A DNA stretch of 64,000 nucleotides from Eubacteriales bacterium (GTDB lineage: Bacteria; Bacillota; Clostridia; Christensenellales; CAG-138): positions 1,391 through 65,390 of the forward strand of contig JAYFNY010000052.1 in assembly GCA_034933205.1 (NCBI GenBank), written 5' to 3'. Made by a program: the position numbers and the translations under genes. How positions within the stretch are numbered: position 1 is the first letter of the stretch; every line of letters starts with the position of its first letter. Below, piece after piece: positions 20,981-29,784 of this stretch. A model generated the notes under the pieces. The model worked only from the letters and a program-made list of their open reading frames with translations. It ran no database searches and was not told the origin of the DNA.

Positions 20981-22600
20981 TCAAGCAACGCGTTCGCCGG
21001 TGCCCATTTCCGCGTCACCGGCGGTTCCGGCGCTTTTTTCCCGCCGCCGCACCGGCCAAATATGAAGCAAGCCATATGCCGCGACGGGCGCGAACAGCGG
21101 CAGATAACTCAGCGCGTAACGGGACTGCGCTTCAAAAATCAGGTGATACAGAATCCCGCCAAGAACCATAAGCGGCAAAATAAGCTTCGCCTCCGAACGC
21201 CGCCGCAACAGCAGAAGAACGCCTGACAAAAATCCACCGTAAAGAAGGATCAATTCAAAGCGCATATAGACGCTCAGATTCCCGGCAAACGACGTACCCA
21301 GCAGGTACTCTGCCAGCGCATTCTTCGCGCGGGGCATGTCCTGCATTCCTCCGTTCACCGACCAGACCGACTGAAACGTCGGTTCCAGCCACTGGGTTGC
21401 AAATTTCTCGCGATACCAGGCAAACCCTTCACCCGGGTTCGACGCAAAATACGCAAGCTTTTCGCGAATCACCGTTTCGCTGTATGCGGCAACCGCCTCC
21501 ATATCCTCACCGCAGGTTTTCGTGACGTCTTCGACGAACGCGTTGCAATACCAGCCTTTCGTATTATCCGTTTGTTCCATCGACATCGCAATCCAGCTCG
21601 TCATCGGGTATCCTTCGCCAAATGTTGCGCCGGTTTCGGATTCATAGTACCTCTGTGCGAACTGCGGACCGGGTAACGCGAGCGCAACAATGCAGACGAC
21701 GGCCGCAAGCGAGCGCCAGGACGACCTTTTCAGCGCATCCAGCAGAAGCGCAATCCCCGCTGCGATTACGGCAATCCACGCGTTGGGCTTAAGTAATACG
21801 GCGATTGCGAAAAACAGTGCGGCGGGAATCAGTTTACCCCACTTTCTTTTTATTAGATACTCGCATGTGAAATATATCCCCCACACGCAAGCAAAAAGCG
21901 ATGGAATTAAGCTGTAGGCGGCCGCGCAGTACAGAACGGGCGGAACGCAGGCAAAAAGCAGCGCGGTAGAAAGAAGCACCACACGCTCGTCCTCAAACAG
22001 CATACGAGCCAGACGAATCAACCCATCGTATGTCAAAACGAGGAGCAATACGCTCGCGCCCCGCAATGCGCCCAGGAAATGCGCGCTGCCTACGATCGCG
22101 AAAATGGCGTCCAGATATGCAAAGAAACCAAACTGGAACGGGTAACTGACAAAATAGTAGCGATAGGGATTGGCCGGGTCGGTAAAGCTCACGCTTTCCG
22201 GCGCGCCAAGACGCAGGAACTTCAGCGCGTCATACACCATACCCGCATCATGCGTCGGTTCCGCACGAAGCGAAAATACCCAGGCAAAACCAAAGAGCGC
22301 GACGAAGGTCAGCATTGCTCCGCCAAAGATCCGGTTGGCCCGGCGCGTAACCTTGCCATATCCCAGCAGGCGTACCAGCAGAAACAGCCCGGCAAACGCG
22401 GCCAGCGAAACAAGCCCGTTGACGGACAGCAGATCGACCCGCAGCGTACCAAAGTACTGTTCGGGCCGGATTCGCGCCGTATAAAACAGGCTCACAAGAA
22501 AAAGCAGCAGCGCCAGAAGCGCGGCAACCGCCATCGCCAGCAGCGAAAGGAAATCGGCCGCGCGCACATTCCGAGGGCTTGGTTCTTTTCGATCCTTCAT
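20981..22600 (-). CDS. GT-C-fold-like (ArnT/PMT-like) polytopic membrane protein, paralog 1 of 3
   Basis: 539 aa. It shares blocks with the two upstream ORFs (GEGYPMTSWIAMSM; KLILPLMVLGGILYHLIFEAQSRYALSYLPLF). Acidic loop THDAG after an early TM helix. The start overlaps the upstream stop as ATGA and is preceded by GGAGGAAG. Confidence 0.6.
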   Translation of the reverse strand: MKDRKEPSPRNVRAADFLSLLAMAVAALLALLLFLVSLFYTARIRPEQYFGTLRVDLLSVNGLVSLAAFAGLFLLVRLLGYGKVTRRANRIFGGAMLTFVALFGFAWVFSLRAEPTHDAGMVYDALKFLRLGAPESVSFTDPANPYRYYFVSYPFQFGFFAYLDAIFAIVGSAHFLGALRGASVLLLVLTYDGLIRLARMLFEDERVVLLSTALLFACVPPVLYCAAAYSLIPSLFACVWGIYFTCEYLIKRKWGKLIPAALFFAIAVLLKPNAWIAVIAAGIALLLDALKRSSWRSLAAVVCIVALALPGPQFAQRYYESETGATFGEGYPMTSWIAMSMEQTDNTKGWYCNAFVEDVTKTCGEDMEAVAAYSETVIREKLAYFASNPGEGFAWYREKFATQWLEPTFQSVWSVNGGMQDMPRAKNALAEYLLGTSFAGNLSVYMRFELILLYGGFLSGVLLLLRRRSEAKLILPLMVLGGILYHLIFEAQSRYALSYLPLFAPVAAYGLLHIWPVRRREKSAGTAGDAEMGTGERVA

Positions 22601-24204
22601 TCTGCTTCCTCCGACGGTTTCTTCGCCACCAACCCGTGTGTCTTAGGAATCCGGCGGCCGAGCGATACAATACCGGATGCCGCAAGCGGCAGCAACAGCG
22701 GCAGGTATTCCAGCACGTATTGTGATTTGCTTTCAATGATCAGGTGAAACAGAATTCCGCCGAGCACGATCAGCGGCAAAATCAGCCGCTCTTCGCCACG
22801 CCGCTTCATAAGGAAAATGGCGGAGATGGCGAAACCTGCGTAAACGCTGAGCAATACCGTTTTCATTGCGAATCGAAACACGTTGTCGAATGGGTTTGTA
22901 TAAACAAACTTTGCCAGCGCCTCCGGTTCCGCATAGGCCGGTGCACCCTTCGTAATCCAGATGCAGGTGAAGGTCGGCTCCAGCCACATGGAAGTCAGTT
23001 TTTCGAAATAGTACTCGCCCGCAAGCGTGGGATTCGCGGCGAATTCATCCAGCTTTATCCGAATGTCCGCCGCGGAACGTTCGGAAACGGCAGTCATATC
23101 TTCCCCGCAGGCGCCGCGAACCTGATCCTGGTACCACTGCACGTGCCAGCCCGCGGCTTTCGGACCATCCTGCAAACACATGGCGATCCAAAATGTTTTT
23201 GGGTACCCCTGTCCGAAGGACGTGTCCGCCGCAGACTCATATGCCTTCTGTACGATCTTCGTCCATGGTGCGGCTGCTGCCAAAAGCGCCAGAAAAATGA
23301 AGAGCGGTACGAGACGTTTGCGCGAAAGCGCACGCAGCAGCAGCGCAACACCAATTGCGAGCGCAACGATCCAGCTCGTCGTACGGACCGTTATCGCTGC
23401 CGCCAGCAGCGCCGCCGCCGGAAGCATGAACCGCTTCTTCTCCGTTTGCAAATAACAAACGGTAAAAAACACCGCCCAGACGCTGAAAGCGAACGATGGA
23501 ATCAACCCGTAAATAAACGTCGTATCCAACACCGGCTGAACGCAAAGGCAAAGAAGGACAATGGTTAAAAACGTAACCTGTTCATCCTGAAACAACCGCT
23601 CCGTCATGAGAACCAGGCCGATATAGGAAGCGATTAAGAGCGCTACGTTGGCCAGCCGCAGCATTCCAAGGGATCCGGTCGCGCCAAAGAGCGCAACGAA
23701 CGCCTGTAAATACGCCATAATACCAAACTGGTATGGACTGCGAATAAAATAATAACGGTCGAACTCGCCCGCCGTCTGCAAGGTGGAAAAGTCCCCGTGC
23801 AGCACCTTTTCCGCAATCTGGATCATGATGTCTCCGTCCGATTCCGCATGCGCGTTGACGGACATCACCCAAAGCGCGCCGAAGACGCCAAGCAGCGTGA
23901 ACGCGATCGTCGCAAACCGGCGGTTGAAGCGCTTCGTCACGCGGACGTGGCCAAGCAGCACAAGCAGCGCCACCCCCGCCGCAAGCAGCAGCAGGCTCAG
24001 CCAGACCTTTTCGCGAATCAGGGAAACATACAATTCGGTGTATGCCTCGTCGCCGATCTTTGCCGAAACGAACAGGCTCGATACCGAAAGCGCAAGAGCC
24101 GCAAGCAACACGCAAAACAGCGCAAGCGTCTCCAGTACGCGCGCAAAATGCGCCGTTCTCGAAAACGCGAGATCCGTTCCCCGGAGATCGTCTTTCCTCC
24201 TCAT
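22597..24204 (-). CDS. GT-C-fold-like polytopic membrane protein, paralog 2 of 3
   Basis: Start chosen at MRRKDDLRG so that its ATG overlaps the paralog-3 stop (ATGA). Shared blocks GQGYPKTFWIAMCL and RLILPLIVLGGILFHLIIESKSQYVLEYLPLL. Acidic loop ESDGD. Confidence 0.6.
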   Translation of the reverse strand: MRRKDDLRGTDLAFSRTAHFARVLETLALFCVLLAALALSVSSLFVSAKIGDEAYTELYVSLIREKVWLSLLLLAAGVALLVLLGHVRVTKRFNRRFATIAFTLLGVFGALWVMSVNAHAESDGDIMIQIAEKVLHGDFSTLQTAGEFDRYYFIRSPYQFGIMAYLQAFVALFGATGSLGMLRLANVALLIASYIGLVLMTERLFQDEQVTFLTIVLLCLCVQPVLDTTFIYGLIPSFAFSVWAVFFTVCYLQTEKKRFMLPAAALLAAAITVRTTSWIVALAIGVALLLRALSRKRLVPLFIFLALLAAAAPWTKIVQKAYESAADTSFGQGYPKTFWIAMCLQDGPKAAGWHVQWYQDQVRGACGEDMTAVSERSAADIRIKLDEFAANPTLAGEYYFEKLTSMWLEPTFTCIWITKGAPAYAEPEALAKFVYTNPFDNVFRFAMKTVLLSVYAGFAISAIFLMKRRGEERLILPLIVLGGILFHLIIESKSQYVLEYLPLLLPLAASGIVSLGRRIPKTHGLVAKKPSEEAE

Positions 24205-25808
24205 GCATTTCCTCGCTTTCCGTCCGTATCGTCTTTTACAAACCACGGGCGCGTATTGACCCCAAAGTCAAGAATACCGTACGCCGCGTACGGCAGAAAA
24301 AGCGGCAGATAGCTGAGCGCATATTTCGCGTTCGCTTCAAATAGAAGATGGAAGAGAATTCCTCCAACGATCATCACCGGCAAAATCGCCTGTTCCACGC
24401 TGCGTTTGCGAAGCAGAATGAAGAGAGAAAGCAAAAAACCGGCATATACGATCTGGAGCATATAGTTGAATCCCGTTTCCAGCGCTATGCCCGGCCATCG
24501 GCCGTCGTACAGACTGACCGCAAGCTTCGGCCGCTCCCCGTAGCTTTTGCATACGACGCTGGTCCAGATGCTTTCCATCGTCGGCTCGTTCCATTGCGAT
24601 GCGAATTTTTCCTGATAGAATGCGTACATGCCCTCCGGATCGTCCGCAAACCCGGCAAGGCTCGCCTGGATATCCTCGCGATTTCGTTCCTTGATCGCGT
24701 CAAGATCGGTTCCGTAGGTATGGTACATCTCCTTGGAGTACTCGTTGTACCAGCCGGCCGCCATCCAGCTTTCGCGCATTCCCATGGCCATCCAGCTCGA
24801 CATGGGGTACCCCTTGCCAAAGGACACGCCGATGCGATCCTCATATGCCGCCTGCGCGATCTTCGGTAGCGGATAGCACAGGGCAAGCAGCAGGATTGCC
24901 GCAACAGCCGGTTTCAAGCCGCGCGTTTTCAGCGCGTGGAGCAAAAGCGCGATGGAAACGGCGGCCGCGCCGATCCATGCATTGGGCTTCATATAGACTG
25001 CAACCGCGCAGAACAGAGCGGCTGGAATCAGATTGAGCAACCGATCCGTCTGCAAAAACCGTACGGCAAAATATACGCCCCAAAGCGTAAGCGCCAGCGC
25101 AGGTATCAGGCCATAGATCCAGGTGCAGGCCAGCACCGGCTGAATACAGACGCAAAGCAGAAGAAGCGTAAGGAACGTAATCCGATTATCGCGGAAAAGA
25201 CGTTGCGTAGTCATGAGCAGCGCGGCATAGCCGGACACCAGCATCAGCACATTGAGCACAGGTGCAAGGATCAGCGTTCCCTGCTCTCCGACCGCGCGAA
25301 CAAGCAATTCCAGATAACTTAAGAAACCGATCTGAAACGGAAAACGAACAAAATAGAAATACTCATAACCCGTCGTGTCCTGCAGCGCGGAAAAATCTCC
25401 TTTTACAAGATGAACGGCGCTCGAGAAAAGCACGTCCTGATCGGAGATGGGGATCGCCTTCATCATAAGGGACCAGGCGATGCCAATCAGCGCAAGCGCC
25501 GTCAGGCAAACCACCGCCGCGCCGCGGACGAACCAATCCGGCAGTTTGGTAACCCGAAGGACGCGAAACAGCGCCACCGCCACCGCGAGCACCGCCAGAT
25601 TGAGCAGGATAGAGTCCGGCTTCGCAAGGATATGCTGCGCTTCATAAGCCGCAGGATCGATATAATTCGTTGTGGTCAGGCTTGTATAAACCAGTGCAAG
25701 CGCGCAAATCAGCGCCGCCGCCAGCGCCAGAATTTCCAAAACTCCCGCGACGCGGGGCATCCCGCTCTCCGGTTTGTTCTTTCGCCACAGCGGCTTCTGT
25801 TGTTCCAT
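24201..25808 (-). CDS. GT-C-fold-like polytopic membrane protein, paralog 3 of 3 (first in the operon)
   Basis: Start chosen at MEQQKPLWRK, preceded by GGAGG plus 7 nt. Shared blocks GKGYPMSSWMAMGM and AILPVMIVGGILFHLLFEANAKYALSYLPLF. Acidic loop ISDQD. Confidence 0.6.
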   Translation of the reverse strand: MEQQKPLWRKNKPESGMPRVAGVLEILALAAALICALALVYTSLTTTNYIDPAAYEAQHILAKPDSILLNLAVLAVAVALFRVLRVTKLPDWFVRGAAVVCLTALALIGIAWSLMMKAIPISDQDVLFSSAVHLVKGDFSALQDTTGYEYFYFVRFPFQIGFLSYLELLVRAVGEQGTLILAPVLNVLMLVSGYAALLMTTQRLFRDNRITFLTLLLLCVCIQPVLACTWIYGLIPALALTLWGVYFAVRFLQTDRLLNLIPAALFCAVAVYMKPNAWIGAAAVSIALLLHALKTRGLKPAVAAILLLALCYPLPKIAQAAYEDRIGVSFGKGYPMSSWMAMGMRESWMAAGWYNEYSKEMYHTYGTDLDAIKERNREDIQASLAGFADDPEGMYAFYQEKFASQWNEPTMESIWTSVVCKSYGERPKLAVSLYDGRWPGIALETGFNYMLQIVYAGFLLSLFILLRKRSVEQAILPVMIVGGILFHLLFEANAKYALSYLPLFLPYAAYGILDFGVNTRPWFVKDDTDGKRGNA

Positions 25809-25841
25809 TCGGTAACCTCCGGTTGATTTCCCATCGCTTAA

Positions 25842-25953
25842 CATTCGACGATATCGTTCGATTCGGCTTGAATCTTGTGCGTTTCGGTTCGGAACATCAT
25901 TCGACGATATCGTTCGATTCCGCTTGAATCTTGTGCGTTTCGGTTCGAAACAT
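25842..25953 (-). repeat. Tandem direct duplication, 2 x 56 bp, 54/56 identical
   Basis: Copy 1 (25842-25897) is cattcgacgatatcgttcgattcggcttgaatcttgtgcgtttcggttcggaacat. Copy 2 (25898-25953) is identical except g>c at 25921 and g>a at 25948. Each copy contains the 10-bp palindrome ACGATATCGT (25848-25857 and 25904-25913). Confidence 0.95.
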
Positions 25954-25957
25954 AAAA

Positions 25958-25986
25958 AGTATAACGCTTCGTCCGCAGCGGTTCAA
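25958..25986 (-). promoter_or_regulatory. Near-consensus SigA-type promoter directly upstream of the 56-bp repeats
   Basis: The minus strand reads TTGAAC (25986-25981), N17, TATACT (25963-25958). The first repeat-encoded ATG begins 5 nt after the -10 element. Confidence 0.6.
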
Positions 25987-25995
25987 TCCGGCTCT

Positions 25996-27000
25996 TCAGC
26001 GGGTTCCCCCACGCGCGGTCTTCGCCGTGCCAACCCCTGCAAGAGCGCAGAGCGACAGCGCGTGCATCCATACATCCGGCGTATGGAGAAACGGTAAAAA
26101 ACGGATCATCATTCCGCCTGCAACGGAGAAAAGCACCGGAACCGCCGCGTCTTCCCGGTGAAAGAAGAACCGAACGGAGAGCAGCAGCAGCCCAAGATCC
26201 AGCGTACGCAGCAAATGCAACTCCAGGATTTGCGCATATTCCGGGACCGAACCGGCGCTTTGCTGATAAAACAATGCAGGCAGGGGGAGCAAACGATTCA
26301 CGGTGAACCAGGATACCAGCGGCAATACGGCCGACAGCACCGTGGCCAGGATCCAGTTGTTCCGCTGCTTTTTCGGCGCAAAGAAAATCGTTCCAATTCC
26401 CGCACCCGCGCCAACGAACGCCGCATACGGCCCCGTGACGCCGCCAAGCAGGAACCCAAGCGCCGCAAAATAGAGATAGGAGGAGGATTTTCGCCGCACG
26501 GCGAGTACCGACAGAAATATACCCGACAGCAGGGACGCACGCGTCCATTCGGTCATGAAGTCCGTTCCTTTGCCTGCCAGTATCGGTAAACAGGCAACGG
26601 CAAGCAACGCGGCAAGAAGGGTTCCGTCCGGTTTACTGTCCAGTTCACGCGCAATGCAAAGCGCAATCGCCGCGGATACGGCAAGGCAAACGGACCGCTC
26701 GATTTTGACCGTGCCGACAGGCAAAGCAAATTGGGCGTACAGAAAATAACCGGCGGACACAAGGACGATACTGGCAATCGAGATCCAACCCGGCAGCCGG
26801 ATCACACAAAGCAACCGCAATGCAAACAGCGCGCAGAACGCGAGGATCAGTTCCTCGACAAATCGTCCCCAGCGAAACGGATCGATCGTAATCGTGCCGG
26901 AAACGAACCATACGGCAAGAAGAATGCCAACGACGCCCGCTGCAAAAGAGCCGGTCGCGCCGTACGCAGCCGTACGTTTCACTTTTCGTCTAGTTGCCAA
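25996..27000 (-). CDS. Polytopic integral membrane protein of unknown function
   Basis: 334 aa with about 9-10 hydrophobic helices. TTG start preceded by AGAGAGG. Lies between rsmG and the GT-C-like triplet. I recognised no family motif. Confidence 0.55.
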   Translation of the reverse strand: MATRRKVKRTAAYGATGSFAAGVVGILLAVWFVSGTITIDPFRWGRFVEELILAFCALFALRLLCVIRLPGWISIASIVLVSAGYFLYAQFALPVGTVKIERSVCLAVSAAIALCIARELDSKPDGTLLAALLAVACLPILAGKGTDFMTEWTRASLLSGIFLSVLAVRRKSSSYLYFAALGFLLGGVTGPYAAFVGAGAGIGTIFFAPKKQRNNWILATVLSAVLPLVSWFTVNRLLPLPALFYQQSAGSVPEYAQILELHLLRTLDLGLLLLSVRFFFHREDAAVPVLFSVAGGMMIRFLPFLHTPDVWMHALSLCALAGVGTAKTARGGTR

Positions 27001-27041
27001 ACCGCGCCTCTCTTTCGATGTTTCATTCTTGTGATTGCCCG

Positions 27042-27722
27042 CTACAAGGGTTTCTTGGACGGCGTACCCGCTTTTCGGGGATACGTTTTCGGCGTAGGAG
27101 CGGCCTTTTTCATCAGGATCAATTCCCGTGCGCCGTAATCCGAAACGACAGGTATCCGCTCTGCCGACGCATGCAGCAGATGCAGCGCGTTCCGGCTGGA
27201 TTCGATTTCCTCCTTCGCATCCGCCTTATACGCAATACTGCATCCGCCAACCTTTACCAGCGGAAGCGTCAATTCCGCAAGCACCGGAAGCGAAGATACC
27301 GCGCGGCTCAGCGCCACGTCGAATTTTTCACGGTAACGCGGATCCTGCCCAGCATCCTCGGCGCGATCATGCACGCATTCGGCTTTCAAACCAAGCTCCG
27401 ACAGAACCGCTTCCAGAAACGTAAGCCGTTTTTGCAGGCTGTCCATCAGCGTAAGCTTTAAATCGGGACGAATAATGAGGAGCGGCAGCCCGGGAAAGCC
27501 CGCGCCGGTGCCAACGTCCACCACCTTCGCACCCTGCGGCAGGTAAGGCGCGGCGGCAAGCGAGTCAATAAAATGTTTTTTCGCCACATCCTCCGGTTCG
27601 ATAATCGCCGTGAGATTCACACGCTCATTCCAGCTTACAAGCATACGAAAATACTCTTCAAATTGATCCAGCTGCGCCTGCGTCAGTTCCGGCCGCTGCG
27701 AAGCTAAAATCTCCTTTATCAT
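27042..27722 (-). CDS. rsmG: 16S rRNA (guanine527-N7)-methyltransferase RsmG (GidB)
   Basis: 226 aa. SAM motif VVDVGTGAGFPGLPL. 4-nt overlap with the upstream mnmG. Confidence 0.92.
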   Translation of the reverse strand: MIKEILASQRPELTQAQLDQFEEYFRMLVSWNERVNLTAIIEPEDVAKKHFIDSLAAAPYLPQGAKVVDVGTGAGFPGLPLLIIRPDLKLTLMDSLQKRLTFLEAVLSELGLKAECVHDRAEDAGQDPRYREKFDVALSRAVSSLPVLAELTLPLVKVGGCSIAYKADAKEEIESSRNALHLLHASAERIPVVSDYGARELILMKKAAPTPKTYPRKAGTPSKKPL

Positions 27723-29623
27723 GCGTCCTCCCCCGGTTTTCGCTCACCCGTAGCCTGAAATCCCCGCTTGACATAGATCAACAGCACGTTCACATCCGCC
27801 GGAGTAACGCCGGAGATCCGTCCGGCCATCCCGATGTTCAACGGTTTTTGTTTGTTCAGCTTCTGCCTTGCTTCGAGACGCAAGCCTTCCAGCGTCAGAT
27901 AATCCACATCTTGCGGAAGCGGAGTATCCTCCAGCGCCCGGCTTCTTTTGACCTGTTCCTGCTGTTTTTGAATATATCCGTCGTAGCGCGCAAGCGTTTC
28001 CACGCGCTCCTCGGTCTCCCAGTCCAGCGGCTCAAGGGAGTTAAAAATAGAAAGCAGGTCGGTATAGCGGATATTTGCCCGCTTGAGCAAATCGAACCGT
28101 TTTATGCCGCCGGCCGGTATGCTTTCGCCTTTTTCGGTCAGCAAGCCGGACAGAGCCTCGCTCGGCGGGGCGATAACGTCCAGCGATGCAAGCGCCTTTT
28201 GGATGCGCTGCTGCTTTCGCATCAGCCGCTCATAGCGTTCGCCGGAAATCAGTCCTGTGCGCAGCGCTTTTTCGGTCAGCCGCTCGTCCGCATTGTCCTG
28301 CCGCAGCAGCAGACGGTACTCACAGCGGGAAGTCATCATTCGATAGGGCTCCGGCGTACCCTTCACGGAAAGGTCGTCCACCAGTACGCCAAGGTACGCC
28401 TCGTCGCGCCCCAGAACAAACGGCTCTTCATTCCGGCAGTAGAGCGCCGCGTTGATGCCCGCCAGCAGGCCCTGGGCGGCCGCTTCCTCGTAACCGCTCG
28501 TCCCGTTGACCTGCCCGGCGAGATAAAGGCCGGGGATGTTCCGTATTCCAAGCGTCCGTTCCAGCGCGGTGGGATCGATACAATCGTACTCGATCGCATA
28601 TCCAAGCCGCATCACCTCGCAGCGATGCAACCCGGGCATCGTGCGCAGCATCGCAACCTGCACGTCCCCCGGCAGACTCGTGCTCATACCCTGCACGTAC
28701 ATCTCATGCGTCGACAATCCTTCCGGTTCGATAAAGATCTGATGCCGCGCTTTATCCGCAAAACGAACCAGTTTGTCCTCAATGCTGGGGCAGTAGCGCG
28801 TTCCCGTCGCATGAATTTTTCCGCTGTACATCGCGGAACGGTGAAGGTTCTCCAGAATAATGCGATGCGTTTCGTCATTCGTATAGGTCAGGTAACAAGG
28901 CGTCTGCTCCCGCTCGAGGTGTCCGTTCAGAAACGAAAACGCAGGGATCGGTACGTCGCCGTCCTGTCGCTCCATCTCATCGAAATCCAGGGAGAGTCCA
29001 TTGACGCGCGCAGGTGTCCCCGTTTTGAACCGCTGGAGTGGAACGCCAAGCTCGGACAACGCATCGGAGAGCGTTTCGGAGCGCAGCAATCCGGCGGGGC
29101 CGCTGTTGCGGCACAGTTCGCCGATCAGGATCCGGCTCTTCATATATACACCCGCGCAGACAACCGCCGCACGGCAGGCGTAACGGAACCCTTCCGCCGT
29201 CTCCACGCCGCTAATGCGACCATTTTGGGTCAAAAAGCGACTCGCCTCACCCTGCGATACGGTTATGTTGTTCTGTTCCTCCAAAGCACGTTTGACACGT
29301 TCGTGATAGCGCCGTTTATCCATCTGCGCGCGGAGAGAATGCACAGCGGGTCCCTTTCCGGTGTTGAGCATGCGCATCTGAATCAGCGTATCATCCGCGG
29401 CCAGCCCCATTTCACCGCCAAGCGCGTCAATCTCCCGTACAAGATGCCCCTTTCCGGTGCCTCCAATTGCTGGATTGCAGGGCATAAGCCCCACCGAATC
29501 CAAGTTTAACGTTAAAAGTAATGTCTTTTGCCCCATTCTCGCGCTGGCAAGTGCGGCTTCCACCCCGGCGTGCCCCGCGCCAATAACGACAATATCGTAT
29601 TTCTGTTCGCTTTTTTGATCCAT
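27719..29623 (-). CDS. mnmG: tRNA uridine 5-carboxymethylaminomethyl modification enzyme MnmG (GidA)
   Basis: Start trimmed to MDQKSEQKYDIVVIGAGHAGVEAA (FAD motif). Also GQVNGTSGYEEAAAQGLLAGINA. Confidence 0.95.
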   Translation of the reverse strand: MDQKSEQKYDIVVIGAGHAGVEAALASARMGQKTLLLTLNLDSVGLMPCNPAIGGTGKGHLVREIDALGGEMGLAADDTLIQMRMLNTGKGPAVHSLRAQMDKRRYHERVKRALEEQNNITVSQGEASRFLTQNGRISGVETAEGFRYACRAAVVCAGVYMKSRILIGELCRNSGPAGLLRSETLSDALSELGVPLQRFKTGTPARVNGLSLDFDEMERQDGDVPIPAFSFLNGHLEREQTPCYLTYTNDETHRIILENLHRSAMYSGKIHATGTRYCPSIEDKLVRFADKARHQIFIEPEGLSTHEMYVQGMSTSLPGDVQVAMLRTMPGLHRCEVMRLGYAIEYDCIDPTALERTLGIRNIPGLYLAGQVNGTSGYEEAAAQGLLAGINAALYCRNEEPFVLGRDEAYLGVLVDDLSVKGTPEPYRMMTSRCEYRLLLRQDNADERLTEKALRTGLISGERYERLMRKQQRIQKALASLDVIAPPSEALSGLLTEKGESIPAGGIKRFDLLKRANIRYTDLLSIFNSLEPLDWETEERVETLARYDGYIQKQQEQVKRSRALEDTPLPQDVDYLTLEGLRLEARQKLNKQKPLNIGMAGRISGVTPADVNVLLIYVKRGFQATGERKPGEDA

Positions 29624-29784
29624 TCGATCCTTGCTGGTCCTATCCGTGCCGCGACCGCGGTTTTTCCCGGTGCGAATTACACACGCGCATTTTATCACAC
29701 ACACTCGTTGCCCGCAACGCGCCGTCTTGTGTTATACTGGTAAAAATGAAATGAACACCGCTTCACCAAGGGGGACACATATCC

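Noticed and set aside
25842-25953. Possibility that the 56-bp repeats are a mini CRISPR array
   Set aside because: The two copies are directly adjacent with no spacer. There are only two units, and no cas genes are present in the window.
25838-26548. 236-aa minus-strand ORF in an alternative frame
   Set aside because: It overlaps the 334-aa membrane-protein gene out of frame and is Arg/Ala/Gly-rich. Only its last 19 codons, the repeat-encoded mini-ORF, are considered meaningful, and those are treated separately.
27848-29509. 553-aa plus-strand ORF
   Set aside because: It is entirely antisense to mnmG, whose identity is certain. It is a typical high-GC shadow ORF.
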